From Candidatus Poribacteria bacterium (GTDB lineage: Bacteria > Poribacteria > WGA-4E > WGA-3G), in contig VXZK01000391.1 in NCBI GenBank assembly GCA_009845545.1, forward strand, positions 1 to 50,729: 50,729 nt of DNA. The letters run 5' to 3'. How positions within the stretch are numbered: position 1 is the first letter of the stretch; each line of letters starts with the position of its first letter. The notes under the pieces were generated by a model. That model made no database searches. It saw only the letters and a program-made list of their open reading frames with translations, and was not told where the DNA came from. The translations under genes and the position numbers were made by a program. Below are positions 8,213-18,165 of the stretch, piece after piece.

Positions 8213-9223
8213 ATGTCCAAACGCGCAATCCTCACACACATCATTATTCCCGCCCTATTAATTTCTGGGCTTATTATTTTCCTCGTCAACAACCCACGAG
8301 AATCCGCAACCGAGTTAATCCTCACACAGCAACACATTGACTTCGGAATTCTCCCTGAATGGGAAGGCACCGTCACACGATCCGTAATCGCACGAAATGT
8401 AGGCAAAAACGTCCTCCGCATCCAAAGCGTCCACACAGGTTGTAGTTACGCAAAAATTACGGGACCCGAACAAATCCAACCCGATGAAGCAGCAGCGTTC
8501 CACATAGGCATCAACCCAGAAATCCTACCGGCGGATCAGACCACAGCAACCGCCACCATTTTCACCGATAGTCCGAACACACCAAGCGTCGCTTTAACGA
8601 TTGTCGCCACCGCCAAACGATTTGCGACACTCAACCCGGATGTCTGCGATTTTGGCAATATCCTCCCAGAAACGGTGCATCAGAAGACGCTGAAACTCGC
8701 TGTGAACGCGCCTCTCAACACATCGGACATCCGTCTCTTGCCATCAAACTATCCGAGATTGACATGGGAGATGACACCTGACCCCGACACAGACAACTTT
8801 TTGATCACAATTCAACTCGGGCCGCGCAAAGACAGGGGCCCCTTTTCGTCGCTACTCACTGTGGCGTTTCCCAATGAACGGACGTTAACACTCCCCGTCA
8901 CTGCTGAAGTCATAGCACCCGTCACGGCACACCCGCAAACCCTCTCCTATGGCATGGCAGTGTCAGGCACACAACCGTCGTTAGCATTCACACTCTCCGC
9001 TGAATCCCCGTTTGAGGTGCTAAAAGTTGAAACCCCTACCGCTTTGGATGTGAGTGTTATAAGCGACACCGGTAAACAGCACCAGAAAAGACTAAAAGTC
9101 GTATGGCATGTCCCAGACGCGCCAGAACCTTTGCGCGAGAAAATCCAAATCCTAACCACAGCAGATCCGCTACCCATCCGCATCCCCGTCTACGGCTTCA
9201 TCCAGCTGAGAACTGCTAACTGA
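8213..9223 (+). CDS. Membrane-anchored protein with three DUF1573-like (Ig-fold) repeats
   Basis: 336-aa ORF with an N-terminal TM helix IIIPALLISGLIIFLV. The repeat pattern DFG....-x-....N.G...L.I.SV...C (HIDFGILPEWEGTVTRSVIARNVGKNVLRIQSVHTGCSY; VCDFGNILPETVHQKTLKL...) matches it. Confidence 0.55.
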   Translation: MSKRAILTHIIIPALLISGLIIFLVNNPRESATELILTQQHIDFGILPEWEGTVTRSVIARNVGKNVLRIQSVHTGCSYAKITGPEQIQPDEAAAFHIGINPEILPADQTTATATIFTDSPNTPSVALTIVATAKRFATLNPDVCDFGNILPETVHQKTLKLAVNAPLNTSDIRLLPSNYPRLTWEMTPDPDTDNFLITIQLGPRKDRGPFSSLLTVAFPNERTLTLPVTAEVIAPVTAHPQTLSYGMAVSGTQPSLAFTLSAESPFEVLKVETPTALDVSVISDTGKQHQKRLKVVWHVPDAPEPLREKIQILTTADPLPIRIPVYGFIQLRTAN

Positions 9224-9287
9224 AAATTGCTCTAATGATAATTTTCTTATAACTGCTAACTGAAAACTGACGATTGATAACTATTCC
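9211..9287 (+). repeat. Heptamer (CTGnnAA) micro-arrays, including a 16-nt direct repeat aactgctaactgaaaa (9211-9226, 9251-9266)
   Basis: The sequence reads ctgctaa ctgaaaa ... ctgctaa ctgaaaa ctgacga ttgataa ctattcc. The first unit overlaps the stop codon of the 8213-9223 CDS. Confidence 0.75.
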
Positions 9288-9290
9288 CAC

Positions 9291-9320
9291 TTGACAAAAT
9301 CGTGTAAATTGTAGTATCAT
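9291..9320 (+). promoter_or_regulatory. Sigma-70-like promoter TTGACA-N18-TATCAT
   Basis: ttgaca at 9291-9296 and tatcat at 9315-9320, about 40 nt upstream of the ATG at 9360. Confidence 0.45.
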
Positions 9321-9359
9321 TAATATACAAGCACCCGTTAAAAAGCAGAAGAATCCTTC

Positions 9360-10493
9360 ATGGAAAAACGATACTTTGATTTCAGGGATATTTTCCAAGT
9401 CATCCGTTACGGATTCAGTGGACGAAAGATCGCAGTTCATTTCATTGGACTCGTCATCGCGTATCTGATTTATGAACTTTTGGTATATCTCAGTCTTTTC
9501 GTTGAAGGTGGCACCGCTGCCCAGGACTTTTGGAATACGTTCGCACTCCTACCTGTACTGCCCTTCAGTAACGCAGAACTTGCACAGCTAACTGAGATCG
9601 CAATGTGGATAGGGGTCGCGAGTTTCGCGTGTCTCTTCTTCTTGGCAAGCACCGTGGCTTCCAAAATTACCATCGAACAACTCCGCGGGGATTTCTTCTT
9701 TTCGGTCGGCGATGCCGTGACTTTTCTCAAAGGGCATTGGAAATCTGTTTTGGGCGCGTTCATCGGTTTACTTCTCATCCTGATATTTCTCGCCCTAATA
9801 CCCCTTAGCATTGCCGGACTCGGAAAGTTACCGGTCGTCGGGAAACCGTTTCTCACGGTCGCTTCACTGTTCATGCCGATCGGATTTTTTCTCGGTGTGC
9901 TAATGGTATTCATCGCGATCGTTTTCGGTGTCAGCCTACTCTTTGTGCCAGCCGTTGTCGCTACGACAGGTGCCGATGCGTTTGAAACCATCTATCAGCA
10001 GTTTGCCATCGTTTGGAACAAATCGTGGCTCACGGTGTGTTATGAGGCGATGTTGTTTCTCATAAAACTCGTCTTTGTACCAATCTGGGCTTTTTTTTGC
10101 CTCGCAGGGTTTTCAATCGTGATGTTCCCGGTGTCTCTTCTACACACCGGACAGATGGAGCACATCACAGCGTGTGCAAACCTATGGCTCGGTGGGGCTA
10201 TCGAAAAATTAGCGATGCTGCCCTACGTTAACAGTTTCGGTGTCTTTAACATCGGTATGGCCATGAAAGAGACATCGACTTTCACGACAACAGTGACAGC
10301 TATTTTTCTCACAATCACGCTGCTCATGGGGATCGGGTTGGTGATCGCATACCTGTTCTCAATCGCTTCTGCCGGAAATACAGTGGTTTATACGATTTTA
10401 CGCAAGAAAATTGATGGACACAATTTGTTAGAGCCCTTTAACGAGAACGTAGTAGAGACACCGGATGTGGCGCGTGAACCGGAGTCCAAGTAA
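9360..10493 (+). CDS. Polytopic inner-membrane protein, unknown function
   Basis: 377-aa ORF with at least 8 long hydrophobic segments. No catalytic motif recognised. Confidence 0.7.
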   Translation: MEKRYFDFRDIFQVIRYGFSGRKIAVHFIGLVIAYLIYELLVYLSLFVEGGTAAQDFWNTFALLPVLPFSNAELAQLTEIAMWIGVASFACLFFLASTVASKITIEQLRGDFFFSVGDAVTFLKGHWKSVLGAFIGLLLILIFLALIPLSIAGLGKLPVVGKPFLTVASLFMPIGFFLGVLMVFIAIVFGVSLLFVPAVVATTGADAFETIYQQFAIVWNKSWLTVCYEAMLFLIKLVFVPIWAFFCLAGFSIVMFPVSLLHTGQMEHITACANLWLGGAIEKLAMLPYVNSFGVFNIGMAMKETSTFTTTVTAIFLTITLLMGIGLVIAYLFSIASAGNTVVYTILRKKIDGHNLLEPFNENVVETPDVAREPESK

Positions 10494-10507
10494 AGGTTTC
10501 ATATGTA

Positions 10508-10533
10508 CCACAAACTGTTTAGTTTGTGGTTTT
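10508..10533 (+). terminator. Rho-independent terminator
   Basis: Perfect 9-bp stem ccacaaact/agtttgtgg with loop gttt, followed by tttt. It starts 15 nt after the stop of the 9360-10493 CDS. Confidence 0.75.
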
Positions 10534-10610
10534 AGTAAGGTTGAATAGATATACGGAGCAAATCATCTCTGGGAAATCAGCCTTATCGAACCGCAAGGAA
10601 AATAAAAAAA

Positions 10611-13445
10611 ATGTTCCAAAAAGTGATAACAAAAGTCTTCGGTAGTAAAGAAGACCGGGATGTCAAAAAATTTCGTGACATCGTTGAAGCCGTCAACCAG
10701 CGCGAAGCGGATGTCAAAAAACTCACGGATGCCCAACTACAATCCAAAACAACCGAATTTCGCCAAAAATTGGACGCCGGCGCGTCGCTTGATGACCTCT
10801 TACCGGATGCGTTTGCTGTCGTCCGAGAAGCAGCCGTGCGGACATTGAAACAACGCCATTACGATGTCCAAATTATGGGTGGTGCCGCACTCCATCAGGG
10901 CAGCATCGCCGAGATGCGGACAGGTGAAGGGAAAACGCTCACCTCAACGCTTGCTGTCTACCTCAACGCACTCACCGGAAAAGGTGTCCATGTTGCCACT
11001 GTCAACGACTATCTGGCACGCCGCGACGCAGAATGGATGGGAAAAATCTATAACTTCCTCGGACTCTCCGTTGGGCTCACACTCAATCTCATACCGTATG
11101 AACAGAAAAAACTCGGATACAAGGCAGACATCACCTACGGTGTTCACAGTGAGTTTGGATTCAATTACCTGCACGATAACAGTGCCCTCTCGCTTGACGC
11201 GAAGGTGCAACGCGGGCATGCCTATGCGATCCTTGATGAAGTTGATAGTATTCTCATTGATGAGGCGCGGACACCGCTCATTATCTCAATCGCCGCCGGT
11301 AAACCCGCTGAACTCTATAGGCAAGTCAACAGCGTTGTCACACACCTCAAAGAAAGCGAACATTTTCAGATTGACCAGCAGGGGAAGTCGCGCGGCTCTG
11401 TAACGCTCACCGATGAAGGCGTTGAAGAAGTCGAACGCCGTCTCGGTGTCGGCAATCTCTACGAACATACCAATATCGCTATGGTGCATCACGTCAATCA
11501 GGCACTCACTGCAAACCACCTCTACAAACGCGATGTCGATTATCTCGTCGAAAACGGCGAAGTCCTCCTCGTCGATGAATTCACCGGACGAAAACAGATC
11601 GGGAGGCGGTTGAGCGAGGGATTACACCAAGCGATTGAGGCGAAAGAACGCGTTAAAGTCGTTCAGGAAAACGAAACCAGTGCCAAAATTACCTACCAGA
11701 ACTACTTCCGCATGTACGATAAACTCGCCGGTATGACAGGTACCGCCGCTACAGAGGCGAACGAATTCGCGCATATCTACGGCTTAGAGGTCGCCGTTAT
11801 CCCGACTAATGAACCCATGATCCGGATGGACAATCCTGACCAAATTTATGCGACCGAGGAAGCGAAATATGAGGCTGTCTTGAGCGATATCGTCGGGGAG
11901 CACGAAAAAGGGCGGCCAATACTCGTCGGGACGGCTTCGATTGAAAGCTCTGAGAAACTCAGTAAGATGCTCCGAACCAAACATCGAGACATCAAGCACC
12001 AGGTGCTGAACGCCAAAGAACACGCACATGAAGCCGATATCGTCGCACAAGCAGGTGTCCCCGGTGCCGTAACCATCGCTACGAATATGGCGGGGCGTGG
12101 TGTGGATATCCTCCTCGGCGGGAACCCGGAAGGCTTGGCAAAGGAGATGCTCCGCAAGCAGAAAACTAAAAGACAGGAACCCCATCCAGAGTCCGAAGAA
12201 TTCCAAGCAGCACTCGAAAAAGCGGAAGCAATTTGTAACGAAAACAAAGAGAAGGTGTTAGCCGCAGGTGGACTCCATATCGTCGGCACAGAACGCCACG
12301 AGTCGCGTCGTATTGATAATCAGCTCCGCGGACGTGCCGGTAGACAGGGCGATCCTGGCTCATCTCGCTTCTATCTCTCACTTGAAGACGAATTGATGCG
12401 GAAATTCGGATCCGAACGTTTGCAAGGGTTAATGACACGCGTCGGCATGGACGAAGAAGTACTATTAGAGCACCCGTGGATTACCAAGTCCATTGAAAAA
12501 GCGCAGACCCGTGTTGAGCAGATGCACTTTGAAATTCGTAAGAACCTTCTGAAGTTCGACGATGTCATGGATTCACAGCGCGACACCATCTATACCTTGC
12601 GCGACACCGTTTTGGCATCCGCGACCGACATGTTCGTATCATCTGAGGATGAGGATGTACCAGAAACAGAAGCACCGGCATCGACAGAAAACGGGAGTGT
12701 GCCAGAAGAGATCGGACTCGCAGCGCTCGCTGAAAAAGAAGGCAAAGCACCTGCTACCCTCAAAACGACAATCTGGCAGATGATTGAGAGAGTTGTTCAA
12801 GATGCAGTCGATGACAATCTGCCAGAAAAGGGCGGAAACACCCTTGAAAATCCCGATAGATATGAGCAGTGGTTGACAAGTAAATTTCCGGTCAAACCGA
12901 TTTGGAATCCGCCATTGGCACAGGCGAGTCTTGACGAGGTCGAGGAACATACCTTGGCAACATTGCGCGAGGTTTATGAGCAACGCGAAGCCGAATTCGG
13001 CCCCGAGATGATGCGTCTCCTCGAACGCCTACTCCTGCTTGATAGAATCGACGATCATTGGAAGGATCACCTCCAGAATATTGACTACATCGAGGAAGGC
13101 ATCCGTTTCGGCGCAGGATATGGCGGTAAAGACCCGATTGTCGTCTTCAAAAATGAAGCACTCGCGGTCTTTGAGAGTATGTATCAGCAAATTGAAGAAG
13201 AGGTCAGCGAATTCATCTTTAAATCTCAGGTTAACACACAAGCACCGCGCCGTGCCCCGGGCCGCCGCACAGGTAAACCGCGTAGACAACCGCCGAGGCG
13301 CGCCCAAGCACAGACCTCAACTTCAGCCAGCGATACAGCCGAATTCGCCTCTCAACAGGCGATGGGGAACATGCCGAAGGTCGGCAGAAATGCACCTTGT
13401 CCGTGCGGCAGTGGTAAGAAATATAAGAGATGCCACGGCGCATAG
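10611..13445 (+). CDS. secA: Preprotein translocase ATPase SecA
   Basis: 944-aa ORF with MRTGEGKTL (Walker A), [20 protein letters not shown] (DEAD-like) and LAGMTGTA. The C-terminal zinc motif is [14 protein letters not shown] (SEC-C). Confidence 0.97.
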   Translation: MFQKVITKVFGSKEDRDVKKFRDIVEAVNQREADVKKLTDAQLQSKTTEFRQKLDAGASLDDLLPDAFAVVREAAVRTLKQRHYDVQIMGGAALHQGSIAEMRTGEGKTLTSTLAVYLNALTGKGVHVATVNDYLARRDAEWMGKIYNFLGLSVGLTLNLIPYEQKKLGYKADITYGVHSEFGFNYLHDNSALSLDAKVQRGHAYAILDEVDSILIDEARTPLIISIAAGKPAELYRQVNSVVTHLKESEHFQIDQQGKSRGSVTLTDEGVEEVERRLGVGNLYEHTNIAMVHHVNQALTANHLYKRDVDYLVENGEVLLVDEFTGRKQIGRRLSEGLHQAIEAKERVKVVQENETSAKITYQNYFRMYDKLAGMTGTAATEANEFAHIYGLEVAVIPTNEPMIRMDNPDQIYATEEAKYEAVLSDIVGEHEKGRPILVGTASIESSEKLSKMLRTKHRDIKHQVLNAKEHAHEADIVAQAGVPGAVTIATNMAGRGVDILLGGNPEGLAKEMLRKQKTKRQEPHPESEEFQAALEKAEAICNENKEKVLAAGGLHIVGTERHESRRIDNQLRGRAGRQGDPGSSRFYLSLEDELMRKFGSERLQGLMTRVGMDEEVLLEHPWITKSIEKAQTRVEQMHFEIRKNLLKFDDVMDSQRDTIYTLRDTVLASATDMFVSSEDEDVPETEAPASTENGSVPEEIGLAALAEKEGKAPATLKTTIWQMIERVVQDAVDDNLPEKGGNTLENPDRYEQWLTSKFPVKPIWNPPLAQASLDEVEEHTLATLREVYEQREAEFGPEMMRLLERLLLLDRIDDHWKDHLQNIDYIEEGIRFGAGYGGKDPIVVFKNEALAVFESMYQQIEEEVSEFIFKSQVNTQAPRRAPGRRTGKPRRQPPRRAQAQTSTSASDTAEFASQQAMGNMPKVGRNAPCPCGSGKKYKRCHGA

Positions 13446-13466
13446 TTGTCAGCTTTCAGTTAGGAG
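13446..13466 (-). repeat. Three heptamer units in reverse orientation (ttgtcag ctttcag ttaggag)
   Basis: Reverse complement of CTGAnnn-type units, immediately after the secA stop. They face the forward array at 13531-13579. Confidence 0.55.
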
Positions 13467-13530
13467 CGGTGTTTTTGATAGGGTGTTTCTTCATAGAATA
13501 ACCCAAAAGTGTTTGCTAAACCCGATACCT

Positions 13531-13579
13531 CTTTTAACTGACAACCGATAACGGACAACTGATAACTAATAATGGAGAA
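13531..13579 (+). repeat. Seven tandem heptamers (cttttaa ctgacaa ccgataa cggacaa ctgataa ctaataa tggagaa)
   Basis: Strict 7-nt phase with pattern CnnAnAA. The last unit supplies the GGAGA Shine-Dalgarno sequence of the Trm112-like gene. Confidence 0.8.
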
Positions 13580-13584
13580 CACCT

Positions 13585-13788
13585 TTGAATTCTGAAAACC
13601 CTTACACACTCTCGAAAACACTACTTGATATCCTCGCGTGTCCGGCATGTAAAGGCGGAATAGTACACGATGAAACGGCACAGAAACTGGTGTGTATCGG
13701 TGAGTGTCAGCGTCGCTACCCGATCCGAGATGGTATCCCTGTAATGCTCATTGACGAAGCAGAATTGCCTGACGAGGAACCGGGTTAA
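13585..13788 (+). CDS. Trm112/YcaR (UPF0434) family zinc-ribbon protein
   Basis: 67 aa, TTG start. LLDILACPACKGGIVHD...LVCIGECQRRYPIRDGIPVMLIDEA is the family signature. Confidence 0.85.
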   Translation: MNSENPYTLSKTLLDILACPACKGGIVHDETAQKLVCIGECQRRYPIRDGIPVMLIDEAELPDEEPG

Positions 13789-13955
13789 TGTAGAGGGACC
13801 ATAGTCTATATCCGATTAGAATTAATCAGAAATCATCTCGGGGAAATAGAACATCTAAAAATAACGCACGCAGCATCCATCGCGTCAAAATTAATCATAT
13901 CCCATCGTGGAACGAAGTGGAACGATGAGCGGAGGCCCATAGTTAAAAGAAAAAA

Positions 13956-15212
13956 ATGAAGATTTTATTTTTGAGCCTCCGGTGTCCGTATCCACCGCAT
14001 CGAGGCGATCGGATCCGGTCCTATAACTTTATCAAGCAACTCTCGAAACAACATGCCATAACACTCGTTTACTTTGCTGAGACCGAAACCGATATCGAAT
14101 CAGCGAAACATTTAGAACCTTTTTGTGAACGCGTAGAGTGGGTGCGGTTCCATCGTTCTTTTGCATACCTGAATACCGGGGTTCACTGTTTATCGCGGCA
14201 TCCGCTCCAGCTTCACTACTGGTACGCACCGCAGATGCAACGCAAGATCAACCAACTCCTCGCACAAGAACGGTTCGCGTTGATTCATGCACAACTCTTT
14301 CGGATGGGACAATATGTGACAGAAGTCCAAGGCCCCGTCAAAGTACTGGATTTATGTGATTCGTTAGCACTGAATCTCAATCGACGCGCCGAACTTGAAA
14401 GGAGTCCTTGGCTCGCAAAAATTAAATTAGATTGCACTCCAAAACGTTTTTTGGTAAAATTAGAGGAAAAGCGGGTACAGCGTTACGAAGTCGATATTAT
14501 GAAGGCTTTTGATTGCGGCACCGTTGTCGCACGCTTCGACCGCGACTACCTATTGAAACAGGACGATAGCTTGAATCTATCCATTGTGCCGATGGGCGTG
14601 GACCTCGAATACTTTCAGGCAGAACCGGGGGAGGCACCCGCACCCGTCCTGCTCTTTACAGGAACGATGAACTATTTTCCGAACGCTGATGCTGCAACCT
14701 ATTTCTGCGATGAAATTTTCCCGCGCATCCGAGAACGGCATCCGAAAGTCTGCTTTTATGTCGTCGGGAATCATCCATCGGAACCTGTAAAACGACTTGA
14801 GGCACAAGAAGGTGTTGTTGTTACCGGTTATGTTCCAGATGTCCGCCCTTATTTTCAGAAGGCATCTGTTTTTGTTGCCCCCTTACGCGCCGGGTCGGGT
14901 ATACAAACCAAAAATTTGGAGGCAATGGCGATGGGAGTGCCGGTTGTTACCACTTCTGTCGGCGCTATGGGCTTAGAAGCAGATATCGGCAAAGAACTAC
15001 TCGTCGCTGATACGCCGGAAGACTTTGCTGAGCAGGTCATTTATTTACTTGATAACGAGGACTTACGAAAGACATTTTCACAAACTGCCAGAACCCGTGT
15101 TGAAACCAATTATAGTTGGGAGGCTATTGGAGACCGTTTAGAGCATGTTTATGCACAAGCAGTCCATGCCCCACGATTCAAGGTAGAATCACAATCGCGC
15201 CAGAAAACCTAA
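13956..15212 (+). CDS. Glycosyltransferase family 4 (group 1)
   Basis: 418 aa. The N-terminus is MKILFLSLRCPYPPHRGDRIRSYNFIKQL. The C-terminal GT-B motif is GSGIQTKNLEAMAMGVPVVTT (E-x7-E region). Confidence 0.9.
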   Translation: MKILFLSLRCPYPPHRGDRIRSYNFIKQLSKQHAITLVYFAETETDIESAKHLEPFCERVEWVRFHRSFAYLNTGVHCLSRHPLQLHYWYAPQMQRKINQLLAQERFALIHAQLFRMGQYVTEVQGPVKVLDLCDSLALNLNRRAELERSPWLAKIKLDCTPKRFLVKLEEKRVQRYEVDIMKAFDCGTVVARFDRDYLLKQDDSLNLSIVPMGVDLEYFQAEPGEAPAPVLLFTGTMNYFPNADAATYFCDEIFPRIRERHPKVCFYVVGNHPSEPVKRLEAQEGVVVTGYVPDVRPYFQKASVFVAPLRAGSGIQTKNLEAMAMGVPVVTTSVGAMGLEADIGKELLVADTPEDFAEQVIYLLDNEDLRKTFSQTARTRVETNYSWEAIGDRLEHVYAQAVHAPRFKVESQSRQKT

Positions 15213-15249
15213 CGATCCGAAAAGTGACCAGAAAAACGAAGGAGGTTGT

Positions 15250-17265
15250 ATGGATAAACCCAAAATAAAATGGAGTTCTATAATTGTTGTTGATGCTCTT
15301 CTCGTCAATATAGCGTTTCTATGCGCTTACCTCACCAGTCTGCAATTCGGGTTTGACTTGTTAGAACAGTCAACGCCCCTGTTCGCCATATTGCAGAGTG
15401 TAGATGTAACCCCCACTCAGCATTTTTTGGGTGTCGCCGCTGTCGTCACGATAGTCCGCATCGGTTTTTTATTGGGGTTTAATCTCTACAAGCCAATGTG
15501 GCAACACGCCGCTGTACAGGAATTCCGTAAACTCACTGCCGCAATTATATTAGCGACTGTAGGCCTCATCGGGGTGTCTATACTCCTGAAGATCGCTTGG
15601 GTCTTATTCTTGATTGATGGATTCTATAACTTCGCGCTCATCGGATTTACCAAATTCTCTAAGCAAATCCTTCAAAAAGATAGACGCGTGGTCGTCACGA
15701 GTTCCCCGAACACCAAAGGTTCAAACACTGTAAACGCCATATCAAGTCTACCCGCTCGAAAACCGCCGACGAAAGTCCTTATTGTCGGCGCAGGTGAAAC
15801 AGGGATCGGTGTACTACGCGAACTCAGGAACCATCCTGAAAAAGGGTATGTACCGATAGGTTTCATTGACGACGCGCCGCGTAAAGTCGGTAGAACCGTC
15901 GCTGGGCTTGAAGTACTCGGTACAACTCGAGACCTAACGTATATTACCCGGAAACGGGAAGTTGACGAAGTCGTCATCGCTATCCCGTCAGCACCCGGCG
16001 GAAAAATCCGGGACATTATTCGGCAGTGTGAATATCGCGGATGCCAATTCAAGATTGTCCCCAACATTCACGCGATCCTTGAAGGGCGCGCGAGTGTCAG
16101 TCAGATTCGGGAAGTCCGATTTGAGGATCTCCTCAATCGCTCTATCTCCCAAATGGACATCGCCGAAGTTTCCAAATATCTCGCCGGTAAACGCGTGATG
16201 GTCACCGGGGCAGGCGGGTCTATCGGTTCCGAACTCTGTCGGCAGGTGGCGAAACTCGATCCTGAACTCCTTATCCTTTTCGGACGCGGTGAGAACAGCA
16301 TCTATCACACAGATATAGAACTTCGAGAGTTTGAACCCGAACTTAACCGCGCTTTGATCATCGGCGACATCCGAGATAACGCGAAGGTCTCCCAAATTAC
16401 GCGCAAATATCGACCACATATTATCTTCCATGCCGCCGCACACAAGCATGTCAAGTTCATGGAGAATCATCCAGACGAAGCCGTGAAAAATAACATCCTC
16501 GGCACCCAAAACCTGATTGATGCCGCAATTAAACACAACGTAGAGGCATTTATCCTCGTCTCGTCTGATAAAGCCGTGAACCCAACGAGCGTTTATGGGG
16601 CTTCCAAGCGCGTGACGGAAAAATTAATTCAGTGTAAGGCAAGACAAAACGCGACTCGGTTTATCGCTGTCCGCTTCGGAAACGTTATCGGCAGCCGAGC
16701 CAGCGTCCTCCCTAATTTCAAACGTCAAATTGCGAAAGGCGGCCCCGTCACCGTTACACATCGCGAAGCCACCCGCTATTTCATGACTATTCCTGAAGCC
16801 GTCCAACTGCTCATCCAAGCCGGTGTTATGGGAAATGATGGCGAAATTCTGATGTTGGATATGGGAGAACCTATTAAAATTCTTGACCTCGCACAAGACC
16901 TCATCCGACTCTCTGGGCTTGAGGTCGACAGAGACATCAAGATCGCATTTACAGGTTTAGAACCCGGTGAAAAATTATACGAAGAACTGCTTACACCGCA
17001 AGAAGGCGTTACAGCAACGAAGCACCAGCGTATTTTCGTAGCACAGTTGGAAGAGATTGAAGAACACCAACTCCTCTCACAGATTGAAGAACTCTCGCAG
17101 CTCGCGGACGCACTCGATTCAGAAGGGATTGTCACCAAATTCCAAGAGTTGGTGCCGACATATCAACCGAACCGCGCGTTCATTACAGAAACGGATACGG
17201 AGACCGGGTCTGAAATTATTCAGTTCCCCTCGGAAACGAAAACCGCCAGTGTCAATCGTCGGTAG
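15250..17265 (+). CDS. Membrane-bound nucleotide-sugar 4,6-dehydratase/epimerase (CapD/WbpM/PglF family)
   Basis: 671 aa with N-terminal TM helices and two Rossmann motifs (VLIVGAGETG; VMVTGAGGSIGSEL). SSDKAVNPTSVYGASK carries the catalytic YxxxK. Confidence 0.92.
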   Translation: MDKPKIKWSSIIVVDALLVNIAFLCAYLTSLQFGFDLLEQSTPLFAILQSVDVTPTQHFLGVAAVVTIVRIGFLLGFNLYKPMWQHAAVQEFRKLTAAIILATVGLIGVSILLKIAWVLFLIDGFYNFALIGFTKFSKQILQKDRRVVVTSSPNTKGSNTVNAISSLPARKPPTKVLIVGAGETGIGVLRELRNHPEKGYVPIGFIDDAPRKVGRTVAGLEVLGTTRDLTYITRKREVDEVVIAIPSAPGGKIRDIIRQCEYRGCQFKIVPNIHAILEGRASVSQIREVRFEDLLNRSISQMDIAEVSKYLAGKRVMVTGAGGSIGSELCRQVAKLDPELLILFGRGENSIYHTDIELREFEPELNRALIIGDIRDNAKVSQITRKYRPHIIFHAAAHKHVKFMENHPDEAVKNNILGTQNLIDAAIKHNVEAFILVSSDKAVNPTSVYGASKRVTEKLIQCKARQNATRFIAVRFGNVIGSRASVLPNFKRQIAKGGPVTVTHREATRYFMTIPEAVQLLIQAGVMGNDGEILMLDMGEPIKILDLAQDLIRLSGLEVDRDIKIAFTGLEPGEKLYEELLTPQEGVTATKHQRIFVAQLEEIEEHQLLSQIEELSQLADALDSEGIVTKFQELVPTYQPNRAFITETDTETGSEIIQFPSETKTASVNRR

Positions 17266-17287
17266 CCCTATAAGGTAGGGAAATCGC

Positions 17288-17923
17288 ATGCCGCAAACCG
17301 ATGTTATTATCGCACCGAAGCGGGCTTGGGTGAAACGAACGTTTGATCTCGGGGGGGCGCTGATCGCACTCCTGCTGATGGCACCGCTTTTTTTCATCGG
17401 TAGCCTGCTCGCAAAATTGCAATCCAAGGGACCTGTGTTCTATAAAGCAAAGCGCGTGGGTAAAGACGAAACCCTCTTTGAAATGTATAAATTCAGGACT
17501 ATGGTCGTCAACGCAGATACACTCGGCGGCAGCTTGACAACCTATCGCGACACACGGATCACACCCATCGGTAGATTTCTGAGGTGGACGAAACTTGACG
17601 AACTCCCAAACTTAATCAATGTTATCAAAGGAGAGATGAGTCTCATCGGACCGCGCCCGGAGGCACCTAACTACGTTAAATACTACACGGAAATACAGAA
17701 ACAGGTGCTGCAGGTGAAGCCGGGGATGACCGGGCCCTCGCAACTCGCTAACCGCGATGAAGAGGAGAAACTCAAAGGGCAGCAGGATGCAGAGCATTAC
17801 TACATTACAGAGTTAATGCCGAAAAAACTTGCCTTGGATCTTCACTATGTCGCAACACAGAGCATCGCCTCCGATATAGGGTGGTTATTAAAAACATTCT
17901 GGGTCGTCATCGTTAGACGATGA
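17288..17923 (+). CDS. Small monotopic phosphoglycosyl (sugar) transferase, PglC/WbaP-C-terminal type
   Basis: 211 aa with KRTFDLGGALIALLLMAPLF, EMYKFRTM and DELPNLINVIKGEMSLIGPRPE. Confidence 0.92.
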   Translation: MPQTDVIIAPKRAWVKRTFDLGGALIALLLMAPLFFIGSLLAKLQSKGPVFYKAKRVGKDETLFEMYKFRTMVVNADTLGGSLTTYRDTRITPIGRFLRWTKLDELPNLINVIKGEMSLIGPRPEAPNYVKYYTEIQKQVLQVKPGMTGPSQLANRDEEEKLKGQQDAEHYYITELMPKKLALDLHYVATQSIASDIGWLLKTFWVVIVRR

Positions 17924-17942
17924 ACTGGCATCATACCCCCGG

Positions 17943-18150
17943 CCCGGTAGGTGCGGTTTCCTAACCGCACCGGGTTTAGACCTAAACCTTGCACGCCAAA
18001 AGCCCTCTTGAGCCCTGTAAGGTTCATTTGCTTGGGTATGTTTTCAACATCCGTGTAGCAGTTTTAAAACCTTTAATCACCCCGATGTCGCTAAAACGCA
18101 TCGAAAACCCGATTTTGACAACGGAAAAATCGGCGCGAAAACCTAATAGT
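17943..18150 (-). repeat. Reverse-oriented copy of the 7.7-kb repeat family (short-loop hairpin version)
   Basis: The core cccggtaggtgcggtttcctaaccgcaccggg (17943-17973) forms a 9-bp stem GGTGCGGTT/AACCGCACC with loop TCCT. The reverse complement of the following ~180 bp aligns by eye with 7766-7920 (ccttacagggctcaagagggc vs ccctacgggattcaagagggg). Confidence 0.7.
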
Positions 18151-18165
18151 TAAAAAAATAAAAAA

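Noticed and set aside
10550-10567. Shared 17/18-nt motif AAATCATCTCnGGGAAAT upstream of secA and, at 13830-13847, upstream of the GT4 gene. A related observation is the shared 11-mer AACGAAGTGGA at about 13913 and, in reverse complement, at about 35122.
   Set aside because: It is borderline versus chance expectation for this window size. The distances to the start codons differ (about 45 versus about 110 nt). It is worth a genome-wide motif count but not supportable as a feature from this window alone.
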